DNA of 64,000 bases from Podarcis erhardii (Eukaryota): the NCBI GenBank assembly GCA_964252035.1, contig OZ176200.1; one strand, 5' to 3'. The notes under the pieces were generated by a model. The model was given only the letters and a program-made list of their open reading frames with translations, was not told where the DNA came from and searched no databases. The position numbers were made by a program, and so were the translations under genes. Position 1 is the stretch's first letter. Each line of letters starts with the position of its first letter. This document shows positions 15,001 to 27,700 of the stretch, piece by piece.

Positions 15001-16676
15001 CATCACGGGAGATACTTCAGGCTTCTTGTAGGGCATAGAAATGCATAAGGAGTGAAAACCAGGGAACAAACAGGGGGGAAACCCCTGGGTCATGGTGTGG
15101 CCTGTGCAGGCAGTGAGGCGTTTTCTTCACTACAAGCAGTAGGCTCTTCCCCTTTCTCCTACATTTCCTGAGTTGCTGCCCAGCAGGGAACCCACCCACA
15201 GTTGTGATGCAACGCAACAATCTGGGGACAACAGGAAGAAAAAACACAAGCCTTTCAAAGGCTAGATGACTGCTGTTAATCCAATCCAGATAAGATGGAA
15301 AAATTGTTGATGGGTACCTAATGCCTATGTCCAGAGAATGCTATTCAGTCTGTTCTGCATAGGATTATACTCTGAAGAATACGGTTTAGGGGGCTTCTAC
15401 ACCCCACTTTCTCACTAGAGGCCCAAGAGGGACAGAGCACCTTGAGACAAGTGCACCAGCTTGTGGCTCTGCCCTGGGCAAGGGGGTAGCCTATACTTTG
15501 GGTTTCCATTCCCTGGTAACTTCAAGGCTTGGTTAAATTCTACATGGGAGTACCTTTGGAAACTGCCCAGAAACTGTAATTAATGCAAAATACAACTACT
15601 AGACTGTGAAATGGGACCAGGTGTTTCAAACGTATCACCAACATTTAAACAACTGTACTGGCCCCTGGTTCATTTCTGAGAGCAATTTGAAGTGTGGGGC
15701 TTGGGGCCTGAAGAGTCCCCTAATCACAAGATGAGCCTTTCCATGAAGTAAGGTCAACTTTGGAGGGTTGCGTATCCCCACCAGCTAAAGCCACAGTGGC
15801 CCAAAGGCCTAATTAGGCCCACCAGGGCTTTGAATTGGGCCATGAATTAAGCCTTCCAGGCCATTTTGGGCAAACCAGCTGTCAGGTTATCTCTGATGTA
15901 AGATAATGGAAAATGATGTGGAAATGCCCTGGAAAGTGTGAGATAACACTTGCTTCAAGATAACATCATCTAGCTTCCTTGCAAACCTTTAGACAGCAGG
16001 GAGATTAGACAAGGTTGGCTAACAAATGGGCATGGATGTTCAGTAAACAGGTTGCTTTGAAGCACCCTCGGTGTGAAAATAGGTGTATTACAATTACACA
16101 AAAAGCACTGTTTTTAACCTGTGAATTGTATTGATGCAGAGAGCACCAGAAAGCTATCAGGCACGCTGGGAACCAGACTGAGCCAAAGGCCAGCCCATTT
16201 CTTTTTTACTAGCATCCAGCAGGCTCTGGGCAGTTGTGTGGGAACTGAGGAAGCCCAGATTGGGCTGAGGGTGTTGGGACATATCTGAGAGCAGCTTGAG
16301 CAAGCTTGCCTGAACCAGGCCTGAGAAGCATGACCAAGTAGCCATATCTCGCTGCCCTATTTGCTGATGCCTCCTTCTCGTTCTGTGTCCTCTCAGGGCT
16401 ATCCAGGAGAGCATGTTCCTTCAGGCGGGGCCAGGCCTGAGCCCAGTGGAGTCTGGAGGTGGCAACGGTGGCGCTCCTCCTCCTGAGAGCAGCCCACCTC
16501 TCAGCACCAATGGGGGTGGCTCCTCGGCCTTGCCCCCGCCCTACCCCAGCTTTGACGAGCAGCTGCGCTTGGCCATGGAGCTGTCTTCGAGGGAGCAGGA
16601 GGAGAGGGAGCGCCAACGCCGCGAGGAGGACGAGGAGCTGCAGCGCATCCTCCAGCTCTCTCTAACGGAGAAGTAG
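1..16676 (+). CDS. ANKRD13D: Ankyrin repeat domain-containing protein 13D (ankyrin repeats plus four C-terminal UIMs); 5'-partial, 15 coding exons
   Basis: join(<1..24,3826..3961,4721..4845,5508..5553,6252..6395,6518..6707,7438..7504,7651..7732,8843..8904,9100..9230,9504..9661,10624..10782,11804..11967,12485..12564,16397..16676). All introns are GT-AG and the frame is open to TAG (1848 nt within the window). Peptides [98 protein letters not shown] and [19 protein letters not shown] match human ANKRD13D. It lies next to SSH3, as in human. Confidence 0.97.
1990..2060 (-). mobile_element. Degenerate 3' tail of a squamate SINE/LINE (same family as 22125-22214)
   Basis: CCATCTAGTCCAGCATTCTGTTTCC...GTGGTCAGCCAAATGC resembles the reverse complement of the element at 22125-22214. 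Confidence 0.45.
5953..6159 (+). mobile_element. tRNA-derived SINE (Squam3-like)
   Basis: Pol III A box TAGCTCAGTGG, B-box-like GGTTCAGTC, body CTGAAACCCTGGAGAGCTGCTG and tail TATAAGGCAGCT; further copies at 19162, 22237 and 28546. Confidence 0.8.
10140..10472. mobile_element. Palindromic MITE-like repeat
   Basis: Long imperfect inverted repeat: CCCCCCAGGAATCCTGGGAACTGTAGTTTG (about 10205) versus the reverse complement of CAAATTACAGCTCCCAGAATTCTTGGGGGG (about 10390-10419). Confidence 0.7.
13795..13857 (-). mobile_element. CR1 LINE 3'-end fragment
   Basis: Reverse complement of ATTCCTGCATTGCAGGGGGTT(G/A)GACTAGATGACCC...CCTTCCAA; near-identical to 19836-19898 and 58745-58804. Confidence 0.75.
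15541..15690 (+). mobile_element. Decayed L2 LINE ORF2 fragment
   Basis: Translates [21 protein letters not shown], the L2 RT C-terminal motif ([22 protein letters not shown]) with stop codons. Confidence 0.6.
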
Positions 16677-17472
16677 CGTCCTAGCCTCCCTCAAGCCTCA
16701 CACCGCCCAGCCTAGCTGTCCTTGCCGTCATTGTATTTTTAACCTCTGGGGGTGGGGTGGGGTGGGTTTCATGCTTTGCCCCTTCCCAGTTGAGGGTCAG
16801 GCTGGATGTGAGAAGACAGCACCTTCTGCATTTCCTGGGACTCACTCGGTTCCATCCTCTGGTATTATTTCCTGTAAGATTTTTTTAAAAAATTTGCTTT
16901 ATATCCTCAACCTTCACTGAGGAAATGTTTTCTACAGCACAGAGAGGCAGGTTGGAGAAGAGGAGCAGCAACAAATAAGGAGACGGGATGTGGGGCGGGG
17001 GGGGGCAGAGACGTTGAGGAAATTTTCATCACCTCGGCATGAGATTTTTCTGAGACTGATGGTGAATGTGCTGCTTTCTCTTTCCTTGCAAGGGTTTGGG
17101 CCTGTTGAGGACGGGACCAAGTTGGGGAAGTGGCAATAGAAGGCGGTGGGGAAGCCTGGAGCTTGATGCGCTGATGTTTTGCGGTGAGACCTGAAACCAG
17201 GCTGCCGTGTGGTGAATAATTTTCAGTCCCGCGTTTTATTTTCCTCCTCATTGCGAGCTGCTGCTCTCCCTGCCCCCCTTATTTTTAATTTATTTTATTT
17301 ATATCTCTGAAGATATACACAAGAAGGGGAGTGGGAGGTATGTGGGTTTTTGTTTTTTTTTAAGAAACTGAACCCAGTGGGTCTAAAGGGAACAGCTGTG
17401 CCCACTCCTGAGCGGCTTTCTCCTGTCGTCTGGGAACCAGGCACAGGGGGCTCTGGGCAGCAGGAACTACTA

Positions 17473-17478
17473 AATAAA
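17473..17478 (+). promoter_or_regulatory. Candidate polyadenylation signal of ANKRD13D
   Basis: AATAAA about 800 nt after the stop codon, followed by U/GU-rich sequence. Confidence 0.5.
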
Positions 17479-17799
17479 ACTAAGAAACCAGCATCGCTCT
17501 GCTGTGACGTTCTTCCGTTTTCTTCCATCTTGGTCTCGGGTTGCATGGCTGTGACATAAACATAAAACTTGGCTCCAGAACCTGCTAGGATTTCTGCGGC
17601 TCTCCTTATGAAAATTAGGAAACATGCTAATTAGTATACCCACAAAAAACCCTGATAGTTTGAACCATAAAAACATTATACCAGCATTATTTCATTCCTA
17701 ATGATCCCTAGCATGGGATTCGCCTTTTTCACAGCTGCCACATGAACTGTTGACATCATTTTCACCAAGATATCCACTATGACCACAAGGTCTTTCCTA

Positions 17800-17986
17800 G
17801 GCTGCATACAAACTGCACCCTTAAAGCACGTTCAGAACATATTGTCCCCAGAATTCTGGGCACTGTAGTTTGTTCAATGTGACTGGGAACCGTAACCTTC
17901 TGAGAGGTGAACTACAGTACCCAGAATACTTTTGAGGGGGAATGTGCTTTGAATGTCCTTTAAAGGTATATAGTGTGTGTGCAGCC
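17800..17986. mobile_element. MITE-like palindromic repeat
   Basis: Imperfect terminal inverted repeats GGCTGCATAC.../...GTGTGCAGCC, plus an internal CCCAGAATT/ACTACAGTACCCAGAAT inverted pair; related to the element at 10140-10472. Confidence 0.65.
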
Positions 17987-19161
17987 CTGGCCAGTCACTG
18001 CCAGTTCAGACCCCATTACTATATATGTCAAATGAGGATTTATTTTACTTACATTGAATTGTGTTTGCTATTTTAAGTTCACCCAGTTTGGAGGAATTAT
18101 TTTGGAACTCCTTGCAATCCCTTGTTTTGTTTTGACAACCCAGAACAATTTAGTATCATGAGCAAACTTTGCTCCCTCAGTACACTAATGGGACTCCATA
18201 TGTTGGTGATAGTCTGTGTCCATTTTGGTAAACGATAAGGTTTACAAGCTGCTTTAGGTTCTTCAACAGGCTACGCTGCTATTAATTCCCAATTTGGTGG
18301 AAGCAATAGCAGAGAGGGCAGGTGGGGGGTGAGAGAGGGAGGGAGGATAATACGATCTTGAAGTTGTAGAGTAGTACCATCCTTTTTCTTACAACTGTAC
18401 TCAGAAAGTGTTCAGTTTAAATCATTAAGTGAAATCTAGACACTTCCTTTGCCCTCATTGCCCTGTTAGTCCAATGCCCCAGTGACAGTAAAGCAACAAC
18501 TAGCTTAGTTCCTTGGCAGAGTCTAGCAATCCTCTACCCTCCACCTTTGCTTCCTCCCTTGCTGCCAATAGTACACAGCCCTTGCACCATCTAGACCATG
18601 TGCATCATTTTGCACCAATACTCTTCCCCATTGGTCTTCGTCAACACATCTCTGCCACTCCTTGTCCCTACATGTCCTTTCTTAACTTTAATCAAACCGG
18701 CAGCTTCCATCTTGCCTCAAAGAAACCAGTGGATTTGTTCTCTGAACCACTGAAATTATATGTCTGCTCAGCCAACATAGCATCATAGTTTTGGACTGCC
18801 CAAGTGCAAATATATACATACGCTGCGCTTTGTATAAATCCCTGTTGGCCTTGCCTGACACAATGCATATCCCCATCTAGTGTGCATACATAGAACTGCA
18901 ATTTGTCTCTCTCTCTCTCTCCCTCCCCCGCACCCCTTTTGCTCAATCTTCTGCATGGTGCAATTTAGGAAGCCAGGCACGATGATTGTACACTGAAGAA
19001 CCATGGCTGCCTCGTGATAGCACAGTGACCTTAAACAGAGCACGTGGCAATGGTACTGTTAAAATTGCTTTGGCTGGTTTCAGTTGCCAAGTCTCCCCTG
19101 CCAGTTCGGAAGGTGTGCAAGGGGCTCCCGAGAGCTGCTCTGCCTTAACCAGCTGCATTTT

Positions 19162-19360
19162 GGGGGAAGAGCTGTACCCAGTGGTAGTGCAGCACATGCT
19201 CTGCAACCAAAGATCCCGGGTTCAACCCCTGGTGTCTCCAGCTGGGGCTGGGAAACGGCTTCCCAATCTGAAACCCTTAAGGAGGTGCTGCCAGAGAGTG
19301 CAAGCCATACAACTGACCTAGACATGCCAATAGCCCGATTTGCTATAAAACAGCTTCATA
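19162..19360 (+). mobile_element. tRNA-derived SINE (Squam3-like), diverged
   Basis: A box-like CCCAGTGGTAG, B box GGTTCAACCC and body CTGAAACCCTT..GG.GCTGCCAG. Confidence 0.65.
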
Positions 19361-19835
19361 ACGGCCTGCAGTTATTTTGGGTCCAAATTGCAGCACTGTG
19401 TCATATAGGCTGTATTGTAACTGTGTGCCTGGGGCTGGCTGGCTGGCTTGAGGGGGTGGGTAGGCTGAGTGTGCCGAGATTAAGGCTGCCTGCAGTGAAC
19501 CTGGAAATGCTGCCTACTCCTTTCAAAAGCTCCAAAGCAACAAGAGATGCTGCTGCCTTTCACACCGCTGACCCACCTGCCCACGCTCCTTTCCACCTGC
19601 TGGGTCTTGGGCAGGTAGGAAAGTGAAGTGGTTGTCCGCCCTTTCATTGGTTCTGTGTGTTTAAAGATCAGATGCAAAGCAAACAATTCCATTATGTTCA
19701 CGAAGCAGCTTACATTAAGCATCAACAACAAAAAGCCCCAGGAATTAGCTGCAGTTCCTGCTATGTCTTCTACACTTAACAAATCTCTCAGTCGGTAGAG
19801 CATGAGACTCTTCATCTCAAGGGTGTGGGCAGAAG

Positions 19836-19898
19836 ATTCCTGCATTGCAGGGGGTTGGACTAGATGACCCTTGTGGCCCCTTCCAATTCTATGGTTCT
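19836..19898 (+). mobile_element. CR1 LINE 3'-end fragment
   Basis: ATTCCTGCATTGCAGGGGGTTGGACTAGATGACCCTTGTGGCCCCTTCCAATTCTATGGTTCT. Confidence 0.75.
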
Positions 19899-20879
19899 TG
19901 GAGGTTTAACTGTGGAAACTAGTGTGCACTATGCAACTTGCACTTTAATGTTTTAAAATATATGATCATTTCCTTTATTTATTTTTTAAAGCATTCCCCT
20001 TACAAATGGTTAGTTGCTTGAAATGCTTTGGATCAAAACTGCTTCCAATGAGAACTGGTTAGCAATTTGAGCTTTTAGGGGGAAGGGCTGGGTGTCTATC
20101 TAGGTCGTCTGCTGGCAGCCTTCCGCAATATCCGAAGCGTTTAGAATTTCAGCACTGCTGAGTTCTGAACAATTTTACTTTTACCTTCGATAGCCTGGCC
20201 CGGCGGTATCAGCAGCTGGCGATGTTTGCAGGGCTGTGCTTGTGGGTAGCTGTGCTATGGATTAGGAAGGCTGCTTTTTGGATCCCGATATGCAGCGGGG
20301 GTGGCAGTGGGCTCCATGCGGCCGTCGTGACTGATGGGGGGGGGGCGCTGTGCTGCTTCTCCAGCCTCTGATGTTCGGCTTTTCGCTCGACCACCTGCTG
20401 AGTCATTGTAGCAATATGCGGGGGGGGGGGGCTGGCAGCAGCGGCAAGGCGTTAGGTTTCCATTTTAAGCTCCGACTCTGGTGTTACCTGAGATTTTAAC
20501 TCTGCATGCATGAAAACAAACGAACAAACACGGTGCCCGCCGCCCTCCCTAATGTTCAGACCACAACGGGAAGAGAGCCTCCTCCGTTTCACACGGCTGC
20601 ACCAACACTCACAGCAGCTGCAGCAACCTCTGCACATCCTCAGAAGCATAAGAGCCAACTCCTAGGGGCCGCTGTGGTCCCTTCGCCGCCCCCCTTTTAT
20701 AAAATATTTGAGCGCCCCCTCCCAAAAAAAGAAGTTGATGGGCTTTGCCATTCAAATACTGTGCGTGCCATGTGATCGATTATGTGGGTCGGGGCTTACC
20801 CCCCATATTTCTGCTCTGCTCAGAGGCGCTTGTTACCCCGCTTCCCACCATACGCAAGCCTAGCAGCACTCCGAATAGG

Positions 20880-21720
20880 TGCCGGGGCTGAGCCTTGGCC
20901 CCTGTGATGGAAGGGTGCCATTGCGGCTTGGGGAAGCGAGCCCTGAGCAGCCCGACGCTCCTCCCACCTCCGCTCCCGGCTGGGGAAAACCCTCCCGCGT
21001 CTTGGGGCTGGTTCCTTTAAGAGCCTCCCGCCAAGGACGTGCGCGATTCCGCCGCGCAGCATCCTTGAGCTTCCTGGTTAAGGCGGCCGGGTGCAGGAGA
21101 AGAAAGTTTACGGCCGGCAGGTCCCACCCTGGCGTGACCCAGGGAGTGCGCGGAAGGCTGGGCACGCCCGCCCCCTGGAGGCTGTCTGCAGCGGCGGCGG
21201 CAGCGGCGCCGAGTGGCACGATCTTTCCCCGTCGGCTCCCCGCGCGCTGCGAGCGGAGGAAGGGCGCAGCAAGCCGCGCATGGCGCTGGTGACCGTCTGT
21301 CGCTCCCCGTCGGGGAGCGGCCACTCGACACCCACCGGCAGCAAGGTGAGCTCGCACGCCGCTTCTAGCCCAGCCTCAAGCCGCCCCAAGAGAACCCCAC
21401 CCTGATCCCCCGACGGGACCCACACAGCAGCGGCTCTTCTTTCAGGCACGGCTGCGATCCATCATCCCCTTTCTGGGGCTGGCGGGGGGTGCTGTTTCGA
21501 CGGCTGCGCCATCGTGTGCCCCGTTCTCGCCACCTCTCTCTCCCATTGCAAGCCGTATGCTGAGCTGTGCAAGCGACTGCACCTTGCACCATTTTGGCCC
21601 CGAAGGATCTGGCCGTTTGTTCTCGCACCTCCCTGCAGGGGCGCTGTCGGAAGGAGGACTGGCTTGCGCGGGGTGGGGGGGCGGTATTGCGCAGAGAAGG
21701 GGGCCCAAGCGCCAAAGATC
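20880..21720. promoter_or_regulatory. CpG island and promoter of SSH3
   Basis: GC- and CpG-dense block around the first coding exon (ATG at 21280), with a GC-box-like CGCCCGCCCC near 21165-21175. Confidence 0.8.
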
Positions 21721-24700
21721 AGGCAACAGATTTCCCCGTGTCTCTAGTCTCTTCTTCCCAGTAGAGGGAGCTCCCTGGGGTGAAGCAGTAGCAGGAGTGG
21801 GATAGGGAAAGAAAACGACGGTCTTCCACTATTATATGTAGGATTTCTTTACCTGCTGCATCAGGGACTCGTGTTTCCCGCCTTTGCCACTCAAGGTGGG
21901 CCAGTCTCAACCTGAAACACGAACTCCACTTAGCTGTTCTGTCATATTTGCATTCAGTGTAAGTCACAGAGTGTCAAAAGGATGGGGTTTTTTGGGGTTT
22001 TTTAAGCCATCATTTGTAGGGGAAGGCCTGTAGATCCTCATGATGGCTCTGTTCTGCCTCCATCCTTCTGAATACCAGTTGCTGGAAACCTCAGCTGCTC
22101 TTGTTGTCCTGCCCCGATTGGAGGCTTTCTGCAGGCATCTGGTTTGGCCACTGAGAACAGGATGCTGGATTAAATGGGCCTTGGACCTGATCCAGCAGGC
22201 TCTTCTTATGTTCTAGACTGCATCTGCTCCGCCTGTAGGTTCGATTCCCAGAGTTTCCAGGCAGGACTGGGAATGTCCCCTGCCTGACACCCTGAAGAGG
22301 CACTGCCAGACCACGTAGAGATAATATTGAACTAGGTGGGCCAATGGTCTAATTTGGTCTAAGGCAGCTTCCTATGTTAACACCTCTTATGGAGCAGTAT
22401 TAAAATGTCCAAGCAGAAGCAACTACCTCTGTGCTGGTAGCTGTGGCTACAGAACTAAGGTTACCAGATTTTTTTCAATGAATCCAGGGACACGTTTCAA
22501 CTTCAGTCAAATTCAGTGGATTTTGTCAAGGGACTGATTTGTAAATCTGAAACGGGGACATCTGGTAACCTTACTGTAAACCGTTCTGGGTTGCCTGTAT
22601 GCAGGAGAGGCATACAAAGGCATGATCTTGAGTATGTGGCATCCACAGAAAGGTATGCTGGAGGCATTTTACCAGCATCTTCCTTGGGCTGGGTGCTTGC
22701 ACAACTCGTAGCCTTCCTGGGTGGGTGGGTGGAATGTGGGGTTCATATAGAGTGGAATAATCTGGCTGCGTGAAGCCAGAATGTTGGAGCTTCACAGTCC
22801 CTCCTCATTGCGACTGCTGTAGAGAGCAGGGGCCAGCTGGTAAACGCCCCTTCATCTCCTTTGGCCTGAGCCTCTCTGCCCCACACAGGATGCCTTATTG
22901 TGGGATTCCTTCCCTCCCTGATCAACTCTCTCAATTCTCCATGTAAGGAAGCCTGTCAAACGCATGCCACAGTGGTCAATTGCCTTTCCTTGCTTGGGTC
23001 CCCACAGATCTGCTTTCCCCAGTCCTTACTCCTTCCCCCTTTCTTCCTCTAATCAGCTCTTGACAGCTCAGGATCCTGTGTAGGAGAACTGGGCATTAAT
23101 AAGTGACTTGTCAGGGAGTTTCGCAACTTGCTACTTCCTGCCGGTTCCTTGCAGATTGCAACGTCAGGGGCCGTGGAAGGCAGCAAAAAATATCCCTTGC
23201 ATAATAGCCTCAGAAAAGCAAGATTTCCCCACCCCGGAACATCAACCCTGGGATACTTCTGTGTCCCTTTGCACTGGGGTGCCTAGCGCCAGAGTTCTCA
23301 CACCCCAAGCTTGGCAGTTTGCTGGGCTGATTGCGTTTCAAGCGTAATTAGATATTGTGCAAGGAGCTGGCAATTAGGAAGTGGCAGGGATAAGGTTTGT
23401 GTTTTTTTCCATGCTTAAAAATGTCACAGGAAATTGCCAACAGACTGGGAATCACATAGATAAGGTTATGCAAGAGCCTGAATTCAAGGCCGCTCCAGGA
23501 AAATATTTGCAACCATTCCAAGGAGACGGGAGTCTAGCAGTGTCCTAAAATGGAACCACACTGTGTATTTCTAAGCTGGATTCCCACCCACCCACCAGCC
23601 CTCAGCTGTGAAACTGTGACATTGTGCAGGTCTGCGCAGCTTGTGATCCACCAGGGCAAACACAGACCACCAATCGCAGATTGTAAAACACACAAGGCTT
23701 GATTAATCTTCTAGTTTCTTGCTTATATGGGATATGGACCTACAAAAAAACATGGTGGAGAGCACCTCTCAGCCCATAGATGTGGTCCGCAGGGAACACT
23801 CAGCTTAGTGGGACATAAGATGTCCAGGCTTGGCGCAGAATGCTAAGAATTAGTGTAGTAGCTAACGGCTTGAGCTGCAAAGTCCTTGGTTTGACCCTTG
23901 CCTTAGCAGGGAACTCATTTTGTAGCTTTGGAGAAGCCACTCTCTTTTGGCCTCAGCCCCACCATCTACAGTGCAGGGATAATAATACTGGCGACTAGAT
24001 GATCCTCAGGGTCCCTTCCGACTCTACAATCCTATGATTGTTATTAATTGGTCACCTTTGTCTTCAGCAAGTGTTCTAGCTTCTTATATAGGCCAAGAAC
24101 CAGCAGGTTTACAAAAGCATCCCTTTTATGGCAGAATCCCATATTCACTGTAGAGCCAGCCCTGGTTTTCCACCTGAAGTGAAAATCAATATGGTGACCT
24201 TCTGTTCAGTTCTGAAGTGTTTTTTGTAATGACACGAAGACAAGAAATTGGAGGTAGGAAAATGGCATTCTTCTGGAATCTGTTGCCCATAGGTCCCAGA
24301 TCCAGCCCTGACTTGTAGGCAGTGGCGTAGCGTGGGGGGTGCAGGGGGGGCCGGCTGCACCAGGCGCAACATCTGGGGGGGGCGCTCGCCGCCTCCGGAG
24401 TCGCCAAAGAGCCTCGGGCGCAGGCTGTAGCAGAGCCCCATGGCAGCAGCCCAGGCAGCAGCAAGAAGAAGCTGGCAGCGGCGGCAGGTTAGGGGTTAGG
24501 GGCGCAAATTACTTGCCTTGCCCCAGGTTAGGGGGCGCAAATTACTTGCCTTGCCCCGGATGCTGACAACCCACGCTACGCCGCTGCTTGTAGGCCCATA
24601 ATGAAAGGCTAGCTACTTCAACATCTCTTTCAAATAAGGTTGAGAACCAAGCCAGCTTCTGTGAAGGGGGATGATTCTCATTCTGTGTCTAATTGTAGCA

Positions 24701-27700
24701 TGCAACCTTAGTATTTGATTAGCTGCATGATGAGACATTTGGGGTTCTTTCTTTTACTCCCCCCCCCATAAAAAGAGAACATCTCTAGCCCTTTTGGTGC
24801 TGAGATAAACTGGGAACCTGCTTGTGAAATTGCAGAATTCAGAAGGCTGAGCAAGGCTTCCAAGACCTTAGGCTTCAGTGCTTAGACTCGGTTCTTCTCT
24901 CTTCTGAAATAATAAAAAATGATCCAAAACAAACACCAATGCACAAAGTCAGGCTGTCGGTTGGGGCCTGTAAAATACAGAGCCCTGTATGGAAGTCCTG
25001 TTGATGTTCGGGATCAGAGGTGGCATGACAGTTCTGTGCTTGTGGCAATTATGTCATGCTGGGTTTTTCCATGGCAGAGCCAACAGCGCAAACACAATTG
25101 TGAGGTGGTTTGGTTCTTCTGGTATAAAGGAATCGCTCTGAAGTTACTATGGAAGACGCCAGCCACCTGCCCCAGCCATGGGTGTAGCCCGCCAGAACTT
25201 GGGCCTTCTCCACTCTTACCTTTTGCCCCACTCTTTCCAGGCACAAGTCTGTGCTTCAAAGCTCTGTGTCCAAGTGTGTTTCTTTTTTTTCTTTCTTGCT
25301 ACGGAGCTTTCCCTCTGAAATCAGAGCAAATGTCAATTCTGGTTTTCTGCAGATTGACATGTGCTCTGACTGAATACTAAAGAGCAGGTTTTGCAGGGAA
25401 AGCTCTGGAACAAAAAAAAAAAGTTGCTTGGACAGGTATTTTGGAAGCACTGACTGTCCCTGGAAAAGAGCAGGGGGAAGACAAGTGTGGAGAAGCCCTT
25501 AAACCTGTGCTCGCCAGCAGTACGTTCTTTGTATGCCTTTTTGTGTTGGCAAGCGTGAGCTTAAAACATTTCAGCTGTGCATGAGGTAGATGATTTTAAT
25601 AATAAATGGTAGAATATTTTATGGTTTTACAGCCTGCATTTACAATGTTTGTGTATTGCTGTATGTTATGGCTTTGTGGTCTAGACAAATAAACTTATTC
25701 ATCACTTAAAAGAAAGGCAGCCTGTTATCACTCCCAAGTCCCACCAAGGTAAAAGCCTCAGTGATTTAATTGGGTCAAACTGTTTTATCCCCAGGCCCAT
25801 GCAGAGCTTGTCTGAGGCCTGGGGTGGGAGTCCCCAGTTGGCTAGAGGCATGACAGTGCAAGTCTGGCAGTTTCCCAGCCAGCTTAGCCCTCTGAGGAGT
25901 CAGTGCCATTTTTCTAGAAAAAGAGGTTCTGGAACTCTCCACAAACACCTCCCTCATTCTCTTAGAATGGCAATTGTGCCCACCTGAGAGGTGCCGGGAC
26001 TGAGTTCCGGAGAGTTCCGGCTGGAAAAAAAGCCCTCTGAGGGCCCCCTTCTTTGCTTACCTCTGGAAGACCTTGGTGGCAGGGCCACCTCTACCGTTAG
26101 GCAAAATAAGATGGGCAGCATTTGCTGAGCAGTGCAGAGCAAACAGAGCTGAGTGTGCCATGCGATCTGCCTTGCAGCTCTCAAACTAGCCTGCTGCCCT
26201 CAGATCCAAGGGAGGATGCTGTCACGTCTCCACTGTTCAGGTGATATTCAAGGGCCTGCCTGGTTGGCTTCTGCATATGGAATAAGGGGAGCGGCATCTT
26301 GCCCCTTTGGCTTAGGAAGCAAAATGCCTTGGGACAGCCCTTGGTAGAAATGACCGTGTCTAGGAGATTGGTGCCACATGTGCGGAAGCTTAGAACATTG
26401 TTTAATCTGGAGCAGGAGATTTCTTCTTCTTTGCTCTGGATCAGCAGTGACTGATCTACCTGGAATTCCCTTGCAGGATGAAGATGTTCCTCGGAAGAGA
26501 CAGCTGCAGCGACGGTAAGGAGCTAGCCTTTGTAATCCTGTCCCTTCACACATACATACAAAGAAAAAGACCAGGGTCCTCCCAAACCAGCTTCTGGGCT
26601 TTTTCACACAATTTATTTAAAAAAAAAAAATGGATTTAGTGTGTTACTCCCAGTAGCAGGAACCCAGCACCATAGTATCCCCCCCTTAAAGCATTAGGGT
26701 GGGGGGAAGCTGCACTTTGCAACTTATTTTTTAAAAGATGGTTCCAATGCTGGAGCTACATTGTGAAGAAATGCAGAAGGAAGAGAGTATAAATATTCCA
26801 AAACAGTGCAGTGGGTAGTGGCGGTGCAGGAAGGTGGAGCATTGCTTCTTCTTCTAACTTTAAAAAAACAACTAGTGCTGCACCAAGAGCCCCTGTACTA
26901 GAAAAATATAGTGTAGGAGTTCAAACAGGAAAAAAATAGTTGATTAATTTTTACCCTGTTTTTCATGAAGTATCCAAAGTGGTGTACTACAAAAGATGTC
27001 ACAACAAACTAAATGTTAAAAAAGCTACAAGTTAAAAAGACAACAGTGACCCAGAATATATTTAAATTGTGATACCATACTCTGGAATCAGAAAGCAGCA
27101 AACATTTAGGAGCATATTCTGGTGCCTTTTTAAACTGAAAGAAGAGAGGGTGCCTGCACAGAGAAGAGTCTTCTTGGTTACTGCCAAACACACATAAAAA
27201 GTGTGCCATAGCTGATTGTAATGAGCAAGAAGGAGAAGGGGATCCTTCAGGTCCCAAACTGTTAAGGCAGTATAGGTCAAAAGCAAAACCTTAAACCTGG
27301 GTCAGTGGCTAATGCAGCTCCTTTAGGAGTGGTATAATATGCATGTGATAAGGCACCCCGGTGAGCTGTCTAATTGCTGCATTTTGCACCAGTTGCAGCT
27401 TGCAGGGCAAGCTAAGGGCAGCCCCACATAAAGCACACTGCAGTAATCCAAACTCAAGGTTATCAATGTCTGAGCCACAGCAACCAACTGATGTGGGTGT
27501 TTGGCGGTGAGGAGGAGGAGAGACTTGTGTTCCTCATTAATATCCCATGACATTTGCAAAACCAAATTGTATACCGCAGTCCCAGTTGCATTGGAGGGAA
27601 GAATTACATTTCCCCAAGAGAAGTGCAATCTTGAGACAAGATTGTGTGCAGCAAAAGCATAACAACTGCATGTTTGTTGCTCTGAAAAGAGGAAAAAACC

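Noticed and set aside
20820-21805. Many overlapping 80-165 aa ORFs on both strands
   Set aside because: These result from stop-codon scarcity in the SSH3 CpG island; only 21280-21345 matches a known protein and has a splice donor.
24487-24535. TTAGGG telomere-like hexamers
   Set aside because: There are only about three dispersed copies, all inside a MITE; this is not an interstitial telomeric array.
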